A stretch of 64,000 nucleotides of DNA, taken from the NCBI GenBank assembly GCA_963826085.1, contig CAWGVN010000002.1:1-64000 (forward strand), read 5' to 3'. Under the pieces are notes generated by a model. It did not search any database. It saw only the letters and a program-made list of their open reading frames with translations, and was not told the origin of the DNA. The position numbers and the translations under genes were made by a program. Origin of the DNA: an uncultured delta proteobacterium (GTDB taxonomy: Bacteria > Myxococcota_A > Polyangia > Polyangiales > Polyangiaceae). Below, piece by piece: positions 1 through 9,119 of the stretch. Each line of letters opens with the position of its first letter. The first letter of the stretch is position 1.

Positions 1-465
1 GCGGCGTAGTGTCCGGCCCGGCACGCCCGTCGCTGCCCGTGCCTCGCGAAGCGACAGCGCGAGCTGCGCGAACACGCTGCCGAGCACCACCACCGCCTCG
101 ACGTACACCCGGCGTCCGAGAAAACGTAGCGATGGCGGCAACGCCCGTCGACGGCATCCACGCCGCCCGCAGCAGAGCGAGTGGCGCAGCCGCGAGGACT
201 CCCCGGCGCTCGCAAGCAGCCCGCCCCGCGGCTTGCGCAGGTAGTTGCCCCGGTGCAACGGCCCGCCACACCAGGAGCACCCAGCGACTGCCACCTGCTG
301 CGCGATTGCCGCGTCCCAACGGCTGACCAGCGCGAAGAACTCCACTCCCAACCACGATTCGTGCACCATCGAACACCTCCAGGCGTTAGCAACCCGGAGG
401 CGAGCCCCCTCGGAGACTTCTTGCAAGTTTTTCGAGGGGGCTTCGTTTCTTCTCCCTCACGAAAC

Positions 466-2028
466 GTGACCAGGATCGACCGAGAGCCCCTCCATCTGCG
501 TGCGCCTGCTCAGGCGCGTGCGGAGCGGCTTGGCGACACGAACAGCCCGGCGGACGACACGGACAGCACCTTCCTGCTCGGCGAATGCAGAACCGGCTGT
601 GGGGACGCCGACCGCTGGAAGGACAACCCGCGCGAGGCACTGAAGGGCCTGCCCATCGTCGTTGAACAGCACGACAAGAGCGGCAACTACCTGTCGACCC
701 ATGTGACGAGCTACACGCTCCGACAGCTGTACACCGGGCTGGATGGTCGCGGGGTATCGTATGCGTTTGCGAACGGGACTCAGAGCTATCTGTACGACAC
801 TGCGGCAGGTCCAGCCTCGAACCCGCAACTAGCCAGCCTTCCAGTCGTGTCGACGGAGACGGTCGGCGTGAGCGGTAACCCGACAAGTGTGGACCCGAAG
901 GACACGATGCTATCCTTCGAGATCCGTAACCCCACGAACGACGCGGTCCTCACCACAGAGACCACGGTTGATGCGTTCGGAAACCGCATCGACACAACGG
1001 ATCACGGCTGCGCCGCGTGCGGGGACGAGGCCATTACCACGCACACCGCGCCGTTCCTCGTCCCAAACAGCACGACCGGCTGGCTCTGGCGTACGCAGGA
1101 GACCTGGGTCGAAGGTGACGCACATCCCGGCAAGCGTAATGACACCTCCATTTCCTACAACGAAGAAGGCGATCCGGTCTCAACGTCCGCTGTGTTGACC
1201 GGAACGCTTCCTTTGCAGCGCACGGCCAGCACGAACCCAGCGCCAGGCCAGTCTACCGAAGGCAGCATCCAGCTCGACTCGAAGAGCTACACGCAACTCG
1301 GCACCCTCGCGCGGGAAGTATCGCCCAATGCCAGGTGCCGCACCGTCACGTACGACGAACAGTACGGCCAGCTTCCAATGGTCGAGGCTATCCACGTCGG
1401 CACCCAGACCGACAGCTCCGATCCCTGCACCGGCGCGCTCGCGCTGACCACTGCAGCGGCCTACGACCGCGGTTTCGCGCGGCCCGGCAACGTCTTCGAC
1501 ATGAACCTCCAGGCGACGTACGTCCGCTACGACCAGTTCGGGCGAACCGTCGCGCTGTATCGCCCGCCGGCCAATCCCCTGGCGGATCCCGGCGTTCTCC
1601 CGACAGTCAAGATCGAGTACTACCTGCCGGACTGGAGTGCGTCGCCGCTCGACCCGCCGACGAAACGGTACTCCGCGATCCACACGATGACGCAGGACGG
1701 CGCGGACCCGGGCGTCAACAGCTACCTCGAGTCGTGGAGCTTCATCGACGGCATGGGCCGCACCGTCGCCACGCTGAACGAGGGCGAGCAGACCGGCAAT
1801 TGGATCGTCAACAGCCTCGTCGACTACGACGCCAAATCCGCGGTCCGCCGGAAGTACCTCGCGTACTACCTTGATTTCGCGGGTGCGAGCGGGACCAGCG
1901 TTCCATTCCCCTTCACTGCTGCACCCGCTTCGTCCTACGGCCGCCAGCGCTACGACGCATTCGGTCGCCAGCTCGAGACCTTCGACCTGTGGAATTCCCC
2001 CGGTCTCGTGGACAGTGCTCTGGTTTGA
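466..2028 (+). CDS. Rhs/YD-repeat protein, N-terminal portion; reading frame terminates at the edge of an IS3-family insertion (likely disrupted gene)
   Basis: Translation is rich in YD-repeat motifs (YDEQYGQLP, RYDQFGRTVALY, YDAFGRQLETFDLW, VDYDAKSAVRRKYLAYYLD). Upstream of about 466 the frame looks non-coding, with lower-GC promoter-like sequence ttgcaagtttttcgaggggg. A GTG start near 466 is chosen by eye. The stop abuts the IS orfB stop (TGATTA). Confidence 0.55.
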   Translation: MTRIDREPLHLRAPAQARAERLGDTNSPADDTDSTFLLGECRTGCGDADRWKDNPREALKGLPIVVEQHDKSGNYLSTHVTSYTLRQLYTGLDGRGVSYAFANGTQSYLYDTAAGPASNPQLASLPVVSTETVGVSGNPTSVDPKDTMLSFEIRNPTNDAVLTTETTVDAFGNRIDTTDHGCAACGDEAITTHTAPFLVPNSTTGWLWRTQETWVEGDAHPGKRNDTSISYNEEGDPVSTSAVLTGTLPLQRTASTNPAPGQSTEGSIQLDSKSYTQLGTLAREVSPNARCRTVTYDEQYGQLPMVEAIHVGTQTDSSDPCTGALALTTAAAYDRGFARPGNVFDMNLQATYVRYDQFGRTVALYRPPANPLADPGVLPTVKIEYYLPDWSASPLDPPTKRYSAIHTMTQDGADPGVNSYLESWSFIDGMGRTVATLNEGEQTGNWIVNSLVDYDAKSAVRRKYLAYYLDFAGASGTSVPFPFTAAPASSYGRQRYDAFGRQLETFDLWNSPGLVDSALV

Positions 2029-2880
2029 TTATGCCGCCTGAGGCAGCGAGTGGGTCAACTCCATTTCGACGGGCGTGCGGTAGCCGATGGCAGAATGCCG
2101 CCTGACCGCGTTGTAGTAGTTCTCGATGTAGTCGGCGATGGCGTCGTAGGCCTCGGTCCTCGTCTGGAATGCGCAGCCGTGCACCAGCTCCTTCTTCAGC
2201 GTCGCGAAGAAGCTCTCTGCGACAGCGTTGTCCCAGCAGTCGCCGACGCGGCTCATGCTGGCGTCGATGCCGTGCGCCCGCAACCGCTCGCGGTACTCGG
2301 CGCTGGTGTACTGGCTCCCGCGGTCGGTGTGATGCACGAGCCCAGGCGCAGGAGAGCGACGCATGAGCGCCTGGTCGAGCGCAGCCAGCGCGAGCTCGCG
2401 GTCGAGCGAGCTGCGCAACGCCCAGCCGACGACACGACGCGAGTACAGGTCGAGCAGCACCGCCAGATAGGCCCAGCCCTCTGCCGTCCAGATGTACGTG
2501 ATGTCGCCGACCCAGCCTGCGTCCGGCCGTGCGGTGTTGAAGTTGCGCTCGAGGACGTTGGGCGCGACGGGATGGTGCGCTGCGCGCTCGGTCGTGCGCT
2601 TGAAGCGTCGCTTGGGCCTGCATTTCAAGCCGTCTTCGCGCATCAGCCGCTCGACGCGCTTGCGTCCCACACGATGGCCGCGCGCCTGCAGCTCGGCATG
2701 CACGCGTGGGCTGCCATAGCGCTCGCGATGCTCGCTGTGGATCGCCCGGATTTCAGCCTTCAGACGCTCGCACTGCCGCGCTCGCGCCGACGGCTTTGCC
2801 TTCGTCCAGGCGTAGTAGCCGCTGCGCGTCACCTGCAGCACATCGCACAGCAGCCCCACCGCGAACGTCGCCTTCTCCAC
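2029..2880 (-). CDS. IS3-family transposase OrfB (rve/DDE integrase catalytic domain), expected to be expressed as an OrfAB fusion by -1 frameshifting
   Basis: WVGDITYIWTAEGWAYLAVLLDLYSRRVVGWAL ... HHTDRGSQYTS ... GDCWDNAVAESFFATLKKE ... NYYNAVRRHSAIGYRTPVE gives a DDE triad context typical of IS3 OrfB. Confidence 0.8.
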   Translation of the reverse strand: MEKATFAVGLLCDVLQVTRSGYYAWTKAKPSARARQCERLKAEIRAIHSEHRERYGSPRVHAELQARGHRVGRKRVERLMREDGLKCRPKRRFKRTTERAAHHPVAPNVLERNFNTARPDAGWVGDITYIWTAEGWAYLAVLLDLYSRRVVGWALRSSLDRELALAALDQALMRRSPAPGLVHHTDRGSQYTSAEYRERLRAHGIDASMSRVGDCWDNAVAESFFATLKKELVHGCAFQTRTEAYDAIADYIENYYNAVRRHSAIGYRTPVEMELTHSLPQAA

Positions 2881-2900
2881 GTGGATGAACTCGTAGCGCT

Positions 2901-3206
2901 CTACGAATTTTCCTTCGCGAAGAAGGCTGCCGCTTTTTTTAGGATCTCGCGCTCCTGCTTGAGCCGCGCGTTCTCACGCCGCAGACGCTTCAGCTCCTCC
3001 TCCGGCGTCTCGCCACGCTCCCGGCGCACCTGCTCGCTCACGTCGGCGTACTTCTTCCGCCAACTGTGCAGCAGGTTCTCGGCAACTCCGAGGCTCGACG
3101 CCACGTCGCCAACCGTCCGCTCCCCTCGCGTCTCCATCAGACGCACGGCCTCGCGCTTGAACTCGTCCGTGTACTTCTTCCGCTTCTGCTTCTGCTTCGA
3201 TCCCAT
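2901..3206 (-). CDS. IS3-family transposase OrfA (DNA-binding subunit)
   Basis: MGSKQKQKRKKYTDEFKREAVRLMETRGERTVGDVASSLGVAENLLHSWRKKY... is a classic IS3/IS911 OrfA pattern. The internal Met at 3206 is chosen as the start. Confidence 0.8.
   Translation of the reverse strand: MGSKQKQKRKKYTDEFKREAVRLMETRGERTVGDVASSLGVAENLLHSWRKKYADVSEQVRRERGETPEEELKRLRRENARLKQEREILKKAAAFFAKENS
2934..2941 (-). promoter_or_regulatory. A AAA AAG slippery heptamer (programmed -1 ribosomal frameshift site of the IS3 transposase)
   Basis: The plus strand has a run of seven T (cgcttttttta). On the minus strand this reads CTA AAA AAA GCG in the orfA frame, the canonical A6G motif located in the orfA/orfB overlap. Confidence 0.6.
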
Positions 3207-3263
3207 GGCTTGCTCCCGAGGATACCCTCCTCGCGGGGTGTCCATGAAATCGGGGGAGGCTCA

Positions 3264-6200
3264 CTGGACGGCACGGTCACGCTCGCGTCGCGCTACCACG
3301 CCCTGTCCAGCGACCACTGGGACGCAGCGGACCTCGAGCCCGGACCCCACCAAGGCACCTACGCGAGCGTACGCAAGGACGGGCATGGCCGCACGGTCGA
3401 AACCACCGAGCGCATCCACAGTGGTGGCGCGATCGAAGAGCGGTACGTCGACACCCAGTACCTCCCCACGGGCGAGCCCGAGGTCATCAAGCGGAGGCGC
3501 GGTGGCGACCAGGTCACGCGCTGGATGCGGTACGACAGCCTCGGGCGGATGGTTCTCAACGCCGAGCCCGACACCACGGTCAACTTCAATCCAAGCCCCG
3601 GCGCCGATCCGGACACGATGAAGGCGTGGCGATACGCCTACAACGACAATGGCGACCTCGTCGGCACCAGCGATGCCCGCGGCTGCGGCGACGACTTCTA
3701 CTACGACCGCGCCGGCCGCCTGCAAGCCGAGGACTACTTCCCCTGCACGTCGACACAGCCGCCATACTCGCCCCCGGACTTCTCCACGCTATCCGGCATC
3801 GAGGTCTACTACCTCTACGACCAGCTCCCCAGCGGCAGTGCACCCGCGTGGCTGCAGCCGCCGTCCGGGATCTCCGGCGCGTACACCAAGGGCCGGCTTG
3901 TCGGCGTCTTCGATCGCGCGTCAACGACCTGGAGCAGCTTTGACCAGCGAGGCCGGGTCACGCAGTCGTCGGTCCGCGCGGCGAAGCCCTCGCCGACGGA
4001 TGTGTCGGCAGACTTCGCGGACCGGTACGCCTCGCGTTGGTACACCCGGCGCTTCGCCTTCGACGCTGCTGATCGGGAAGTCGGTGCCACCACTGGCGCC
4101 AAGGTGGCCGAACTCCAGGGGCTTCCCGCCTCCGCCGGAGGCATCGCTGGTGACACGAGCCTGGTCACAACGAGCTACACGTCGCGCGGCACGGTCGAGC
4201 AGGTCGGCGGTAGCTACCAGCGCGACTCCGCCACGCCCAACGTCGGCAACATCCAGCGCACCGCCGACGGGCTCATCACGGAGCTCCACTACGGCGATCT
4301 CGCCGACACCACCACCCACTACAGCTACGACAACCGCCGCCGCCTCAGCAGCGTCCAGACCTACCGCGGCCCCCCCAGCGCCTGGAGCGGAGGCATCAGC
4401 GGCGGCACCAGCTATCAGCCCAGCGCCGATCCCAACGGAGCCCCGCTGACCTTCCAGCTGTTGTTGCAGGACACCGACTACACCTACGACCCCGTCAACA
4501 ACCCCACCGAGATCCACGACTGGCGAAACCCCGCCGAATGGCCCGCAGGCGCCAAGCCCGTCACCCAGAAGATCCAGTACGACGACCTCTACAGAGCCAC
4601 CCGCATCGACTACCAGTACGCAGCCGGCGACGACAGATGGACCGACCCGTTCGAGGACGAGGACTCCAGCGTCAAACCCAGCGATACCCGCCGCGCCAAG
4701 CCCAGCCCCCACGTCGGCTTCGACAACCGCGTCCTCTACCAGAGCTACAAGTACGACTGGCTCGGCAACACCACCGCCACCGATGACGACGCCGGCGGTT
4801 TCTATGATCGCTCGCTCGGCACCGTCGAAAACGGCACGCCCGACGCAGGCCCCTACCAGCTGAAGAGCGCCCAGGGCACCGACAAGGGCACCACCGACCG
4901 CAGCGGCTCGCTGCAGACGATGTACGACGCCGCCGGCAACCTCACGCGCCTCGATGTGCGCCGCGCCGGCCCCTGCCTCCCCAAGGGCTCCAACTGCAAT
5001 GAGCGCTTCGACTATCGCTGGGACGAGGTCGGCCGCCTCGTCGAAGCCCTGCGCTGGGACGGCGCCCCCGGCGACATCACCACCATCCCGCCCGACAACA
5101 CCGCCGACGCCCACCTCCGGTACACCTACGACGCCGGCGACGACCGGGTCGTCAAGGAAGCCATCGACCGCACCGGCCAGTCGCGCTACACCGTCTACCT
5201 CTTCTCGACGCTCGAGCTACGCCGCGCGTCCTGGCTCTCTGACCACTACGGAGACACCGCCGCGACCGAGGTCGCCTACCTCAGCGCGCACGGCGTCACG
5301 CTAGGCCGCCTCTGGTACGAGCCCGATGCGAGCGTGCCCACCAACGGCGCCGCCAAGCTCCACGTCTTCTACCAGCTCGGCGACGCGCTCGGCTCGACCA
5401 GCGTCGTACTCGACCAGGCGACCGGGGAGCTCGTGGAGCGGGGGACGTTCGAGGGATACGGCGCGACGGAGAGCGACTACCGGCCTTCGCGGTGGAACGC
5501 GTACCGCGCCGACAGGAGGTTTACCGGGAAGGAAGAGGACGTCGAGGTTGGACTCTACTACTTCGGCAAGCGGTACCTGAATCCGTTCCTGGGGCGGTGG
5601 GTGAGTGCGGATCCGTTGGCGGTGCACGGCCTGAAGGCCGATCTGAACGCGTACGCGTACGTGCACGGCCAGGTGCTCCAGAACGTGGATCCGCTGGGAT
5701 TGGACCCGACGAACGAGAGCTCCCCGCAGGTCCAGAGCAACGAGGACGCCACCGTCAGCAACGCGTATGGCGAGAAGGTAACGGTGCTCCAGGAGGTCAC
5801 CATCACCGGCTCGCCGGCGAGGAGCCAGGCGGTGCCTGCGCCGGATCCGCTCCCCGTCACGTCCGCCCCGAACAAGGGCGGCGGGGGCGGAGCGTCGGGC
5901 ACGGGCGAGGAGTTCGGGCAGGGTGGGAGCTATGGAACCTACCGGGGCAGAGTCCCTGGCTCCGTGATCCCCACGCCGGCATGGCAGATCCAGCTGCTTG
6001 GCAATGGCCCGAAAAGCTTTGTCGACTTCGCGAAGCTCGCGGGGAAGAACGTCGCAGAGGGCGAGGTAATCGCGGTCGGGTGCTTCTACAACCCAAGCCT
6101 ATGCAAGCTGGTCGGCGGCGCGCTGATGGTCAGCTCGTCGCCGTCGACGCCGACCGCACAGGGAGCAAAGGACCGCGAAGCGCAGTTCTGGTTCGGGGGT

Positions 6201-6587
6201 GCGCTGTTCCTGGGAGGGTCGGCAGCGCCGGAGAGTTCGTCGGAATCGCCTGCAGTCGGCGGCACGACGAGTGCCGGAGAGCGAACGGTCGCCATGGGGC
6301 GTAACATGGCCGACAGAGTCATCCCGTACGCACAAAAAAACGGCTACGACTGGTACAAGGGCACGCCCGACTGGGTGCCGCGAGGCGCGATCGAAAAGCT
6401 CTCGCCGAAGGCACTTGAGAGGACAGACCTTTGGTTCAACAAGCGCTGGATCAATCGCGAGATGCGCACCGGCTCGAGGATCATGGACATCGGCGAACCC
6501 CCCGGCTATCCACCGAGCACCTTCTACGACATGGAGCGTCAGCAGGTCAGCGGGTACTGGAACTACTTCTTTGACTTCCAGCCATGA
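3264..6587 (+). CDS. Rhs-repeat protein, C-terminal portion: YD repeats, Rhs core ending in DPLGL, then an unclassified C-terminal (toxin) domain of about 295 aa
   Basis: YD-repeat-rich translation (YDSLGRMVLN, YAYNDNGDLVGTSDARG, YYDRAGRLQAEDYF, YTYDPVNNPTEIHDW, RYTYDAGDDRVVKE). Rhs core hallmark ...YYFGKRYLNPFLGRWVSADPLAVHG...AYAYVHGQVLQNVDPLGLDP at about 5540 to 5705. The tail after that has no recognizable known toxin fold. The ORF-track start (3066) lies inside the IS, so the frame is taken from the IS end. Confidence 0.75.
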   Translation: MDGTVTLASRYHALSSDHWDAADLEPGPHQGTYASVRKDGHGRTVETTERIHSGGAIEERYVDTQYLPTGEPEVIKRRRGGDQVTRWMRYDSLGRMVLNAEPDTTVNFNPSPGADPDTMKAWRYAYNDNGDLVGTSDARGCGDDFYYDRAGRLQAEDYFPCTSTQPPYSPPDFSTLSGIEVYYLYDQLPSGSAPAWLQPPSGISGAYTKGRLVGVFDRASTTWSSFDQRGRVTQSSVRAAKPSPTDVSADFADRYASRWYTRRFAFDAADREVGATTGAKVAELQGLPASAGGIAGDTSLVTTSYTSRGTVEQVGGSYQRDSATPNVGNIQRTADGLITELHYGDLADTTTHYSYDNRRRLSSVQTYRGPPSAWSGGISGGTSYQPSADPNGAPLTFQLLLQDTDYTYDPVNNPTEIHDWRNPAEWPAGAKPVTQKIQYDDLYRATRIDYQYAAGDDRWTDPFEDEDSSVKPSDTRRAKPSPHVGFDNRVLYQSYKYDWLGNTTATDDDAGGFYDRSLGTVENGTPDAGPYQLKSAQGTDKGTTDRSGSLQTMYDAAGNLTRLDVRRAGPCLPKGSNCNERFDYRWDEVGRLVEALRWDGAPGDITTIPPDNTADAHLRYTYDAGDDRVVKEAIDRTGQSRYTVYLFSTLELRRASWLSDHYGDTAATEVAYLSAHGVTLGRLWYEPDASVPTNGAAKLHVFYQLGDALGSTSVVLDQATGELVERGTFEGYGATESDYRPSRWNAYRADRRFTGKEEDVEVGLYYFGKRYLNPFLGRWVSADPLAVHGLKADLNAYAYVHGQVLQNVDPLGLDPTNESSPQVQSNEDATVSNAYGEKVTVLQEVTITGSPARSQAVPAPDPLPVTSAPNKGGGGGASGTGEEFGQGGSYGTYRGRVPGSVIPTPAWQIQLLGNGPKSFVDFAKLAGKNVAEGEVIAVGCFYNPSLCKLVGGALMVSSSPSTPTAQGAKDREAQFWFGGALFLGGSAAPESSSESPAVGGTTSAGERTVAMGRNMADRVIPYAQKNGYDWYKGTPDWVPRGAIEKLSPKALERTDLWFNKRWINREMRTGSRIMDIGEPPGYPPSTFYDMERQQVSGYWNYFFDFQP

Positions 6588-6820
6588 TCCGTATCCGTCG
6601 TTGCCAACCAAGCGCCCTTCTGCCTCGCCATCGCTACGAGGTCGAACTCGTTGATCCCGGGACGGGTGAAGTGACTTGGCGGAGGAAGACCACCACACCT
6701 GTCACGCTCATCGACCGGCACGTCGGCGTGGCAGAAGCCTGGGCCCTGGTCCATGCCGCCGACAGGGCATGGGACGAGGGCTCAAGTCAGTGGATCAGTT
6801 TGCCGGGGTCAGCCGGATGA
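6584..6820 (+). CDS. small ORF immediately downstream of the Rhs toxin (putative cognate immunity protein)
   Basis: A 78-aa ORF whose ATG overlaps the Rhs stop (ATGA), which is the usual toxin/immunity translational coupling. No family recognized; the assignment is by position only. Confidence 0.4.
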   Translation: MIRIRRCQPSALLPRHRYEVELVDPGTGEVTWRRKTTTPVTLIDRHVGVAEAWALVHAADRAWDEGSSQWISLPGSAG

Positions 6821-7086
6821 GTGTGGTCGAGACCGGTGTGAGTGTCCACCGACCTTTCATAGTCGTTTCGAGCCGATCCTGCTTCGGAAAATCCGGTTCC
6901 CCAGGTCGCCGGTCTCGCGCCGGACGACGCTCGATCGCAGGCCAGACGGATCCCGCCAGCCGCATCCATCATGCAGAGGCTCGATGAAACGATGACGCCG
7001 CTCTGTTCAGGCCGCTTCGCGCAATTCGACGACGGGCAGTTCCGCTCGTCCCTCGTGCGACGTGATCACGAGCGCGAGCGGAGCTG

Positions 7087-7506
7087 TCACCTGTCGCCGC
7101 AAGTGCTTTCGGGGCCTTCCCCGCGCCCGCACCTCGAGCGGCGGCCGCCCGGCGGCAGGAAGCCGGCCTTCGAGCACCTCGGCGGGAGTCGCGCCGCCGA
7201 GCGATTCGTGCGGCCGATGCTCGAGAGGGCGACGGCCGCCGGCAGGCTGCCGAGCACCAGCCCGGCCTTCAGCCGGAGCACGCGCCAGCCGGCCCTGGCG
7301 AGCGCGCGGTCCCGCCGCGCGTCCAGCCGCTCCCGCCCGCGATGCCAACCGCCGTCGACCTCCACGATCAACTTCACGGCGGGAGCGGCGAAGTCCGCGA
7401 TGTATTCCCCGACCACGACCTGCCGCCGGAATTGCACGCCGAGCTGCCGCCGGCAGAGCGCGGACCACAGCGCGCGCTCCGAAGCCGACGGCACCGCCCG
7501 CATCTC
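7087..7506 (-). CDS. DUF559 family protein (Vsr-like endonuclease domain)
   Basis: ...ERALWSALCRRQLGVQFRRQVVVGEYIADFAAPAVKLIVEVDGGWHRGRERLDARRDRALARAGWRVLRL is the DUF559 signature (E...D...H...R). Start taken at the internal M (MRAVPSA). The C-terminal tail may be shorter than the ORF. Confidence 0.65.
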   Translation of the reverse strand, partial: EMRAVPSASERALWSALCRRQLGVQFRRQVVVGEYIADFAAPAVKLIVEVDGGWHRGRERLDARRDRALARAGWRVLRLKAGLVLGSLPAAVALSSIGRTNRSAARLPPRCSKAGFLPPGGRRSRCGRGEGPESTCGDR

Positions 7507-7943
7507 TGCAGCGCGCGAAGCGAGCAGTGTGGAACGATCAGTGCCGACAGGACGATGATGACGATGCATGCGAGCCTCCTTCCCGGCGGAGCGGCCGGGC
7601 TACGCCCCCTCCGGCGCAGGCCGCATGACACGCCCCGGATCCGCACAATGCACTCGCAACGCCGCACTGCGCCGCGCACCGCCCGACAGAGCTGGGCGTG
7701 GCGGGCGGCGTGCGCCGCTCCCGCGGAGCCCGGTCGCTCCGCCGGGAAGGGGACACAGCACCTCTATCGACCCTGCTTGGCGCAGGCGTATCATCGTTGG
7801 CGTCCTGCCGCCGAGCTGGACGCGCCCCGCTCTGTGACAATCGGATTGCGACTCCGGGCAGCCGGCACGGACTGGCTGCCCGGCACGCCGGCTCCCCGGC
7901 CTTCGATGCGGCGCGAGAGCGGGAAACGGGGTACTCTTCACCT

Positions 7944-8171
7944 ATGAACGCTCGCAAGATCCGCGTCGAGAACGGTCGCATCAAGCTGGACGAGCCGACG
8001 ACGCTGCCTGATGGTGCCGAGGTGGAACTGGTGATCCTCAGTGGCGACGAGCTCGACGACGAGGAGCGAACTCGACTGCATGCATCCCTGGAGCGTGCGC
8101 TCGACGACGAGGACGCAGGCCGTGTCGTGGACGCGGACGAATTCCTCGCACAAATCCGCGCCGGGACGTGA
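7944..8171 (+). CDS. type II antitoxin (ParD/Phd-like addiction-module antidote component)
   Basis: A 75-aa acidic protein MNARKIRVENGRIKLDEPTTLPDGAEVELVILSGDELDDEERTRLHASLERALDDEDAGRVVDADEFLAQIRAGT. Its stop overlaps the GTG start of the downstream ParE-like toxin (GTGA). Confidence 0.5.
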   Translation: MNARKIRVENGRIKLDEPTTLPDGAEVELVILSGDELDDEERTRLHASLERALDDEDAGRVVDADEFLAQIRAGT

Positions 8172-8464
8172 AGCTCGAGATCCTCGAGGAAGCGCGAGCC
8201 CAGTACCGCAGGCAGAACGCCTGGTGGCGGCAGCATCGCGACGCGAAGACCCTGTTTGCCGAGGAATTCCTCGCAGCGCTCCGGCACCTGCGCAATGCGC
8301 CCGAAAGCGGTTCGCTCTACGCCCGGAAGCGGGGACGGACCATCCGACGCTGGCTCATGCCCAAGACGAAGTACCACATCTACTACCGCTTCGATCGCCG
8401 GCTGGATCTCGTGATCATCTACTCCGTGTGGGGTGCGCGACGGGGTGTTGGTCCGGAGTTGTGA
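8168..8464 (+). CDS. parE: ParE/RelE-family toxin
   Basis: A 98-aa protein with ...ARKRGRTIRRWLMPKTKYHIYYRFDRRLDLVIIYSVWGARR, a ParE-type C-terminal signature. It is coupled to the upstream antitoxin. Confidence 0.65.
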   Translation: MKLEILEEARAQYRRQNAWWRQHRDAKTLFAEEFLAALRHLRNAPESGSLYARKRGRTIRRWLMPKTKYHIYYRFDRRLDLVIIYSVWGARRGVGPEL

Positions 8465-8618
8465 GATTCTCCGCTTGGCGCCGCACGACCGCCCGCAGAC
8501 CGTATCCAGAATGCCAACATCGACGAGCTGGATCGCTGGGCGCTGTGCGTGCTCGACGCGACGAGCCTCGACGAGGTCCTCGCCGACTGACGCTGCTCGG
8601 GGCGCGGCCGTCGCGCCG

Positions 8619-9044
8619 TGAGCCTGGACCTGACCGGTGGCAGGGCGCAGCAGGCCTGCGCCTCGATGGAGAGCGGCACGCTGACGAGCGCCAGGTACTC
8701 GCTCTTCAGCGAGTGCCAGAAGCGCTCGATGACCGCGATCGAGCCATGTTTCCCGAGCGCGCCGAAGCGCGGCCGCACGCCGTGCTTCTCGCACCAGTCG
8801 CGGTACTCCTTCCGGAATTGCACGCCCTTGTCGGAGAGATGTAGCGCGGCGCGCGGCCGGCCTTGTGGACCGCGGCATCGAGCAGCGCGCAGATCTCCTT
8901 GGCCGTCGGCTCCTTCCTGAAAACCGTGAAAGCGATCGGCGCGCGCGAGAAGTGATCGAGCACGACGCCGATCCACCACGCGAAGGGCCAGCTGTTGCCG
9001 TCCAAATTGACGTCGTAGCGCGCAGCCGAATTGCGGTCGTACGA
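8619..9044 (-). pseudogene. DDE transposase (IS3/IS481-like integrase core) remnant, frameshifted and lacking N-terminal HTH
   Basis: Two minus-strand frames carry consecutive integrase-core pieces: YDVNLDGNSWPFAWWIGVVLDHFSRAPIAF...ISPTRACNSG, then (other frame) LHLSDKGVQFRKEYRDWCEKHGVRPRFGALGKHGSIAVIERFWHSLKSEYL. Confidence 0.55.
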
Positions 9045-9119
9045 TTCCGGCCCGGTTGCCGTTCTGTCGTCGTAGGTCGTGCTCCGTGCGGTCCTAGTCG
9101 TCGCGATCGTTACGACGCG

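Larger units (their letters stand above)
2027..3263 (-). mobile_element. IS3-family insertion sequence (orfA + orfB with -1 frameshift site), inserted within or adjacent to the Rhs gene
   Basis: Two overlapping minus-strand ORFs typical of IS3: OrfA (HTH, leucine-zipper-like, ends LKQEREILKKAAAFFAKENS) and OrfB (DDE integrase core: HTDRGSQYTS ... DCWDNAVAESFF). An A AAA AAG heptamer lies in the overlap. Ends begin TGAG.. (low end TGAGGCAGCGAGTGGGTCAAC; high end, reverse complement, TGAGCCTCCCCCG); the inverted repeats are imperfect. Boundaries are approximate (about 10 bp). Confidence 0.8.

Noticed and set aside
181-465. Upstream part of track ORF 181..2028 as Rhs N-terminus
   Set aside because: The translation before about 466 lacks YD motifs and includes a lower-GC promoter-like stretch. 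The coding start was therefore moved to the GTG near 466, with modest confidence.
2050-3621. 523-aa plus-strand ORF spanning the IS element
   Set aside because: It is antisense to the well-supported IS3 orfA/orfB. The translation is low-complexity Arg/Ala/Pro-rich, typical of the wrong frame in 70% GC DNA.
3921-5114. 397-aa minus-strand ORF and several others overlapping the Rhs gene
   Set aside because: They are antisense to a YD-repeat coding region with clear motifs; their own translations are Gly/Ala/Val repeats without motifs.
7538-8878. 446-aa minus-strand ORF over the ParDE region; also 9211..10725 minus, 12265..13659 minus, 22018..24186 plus, 33383..34405 minus, 30335..31834 minus
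   Set aside because: All overlap genes with recognizable families on the other strand or frame and have low-complexity Arg/Ala/Pro/Gly translations.
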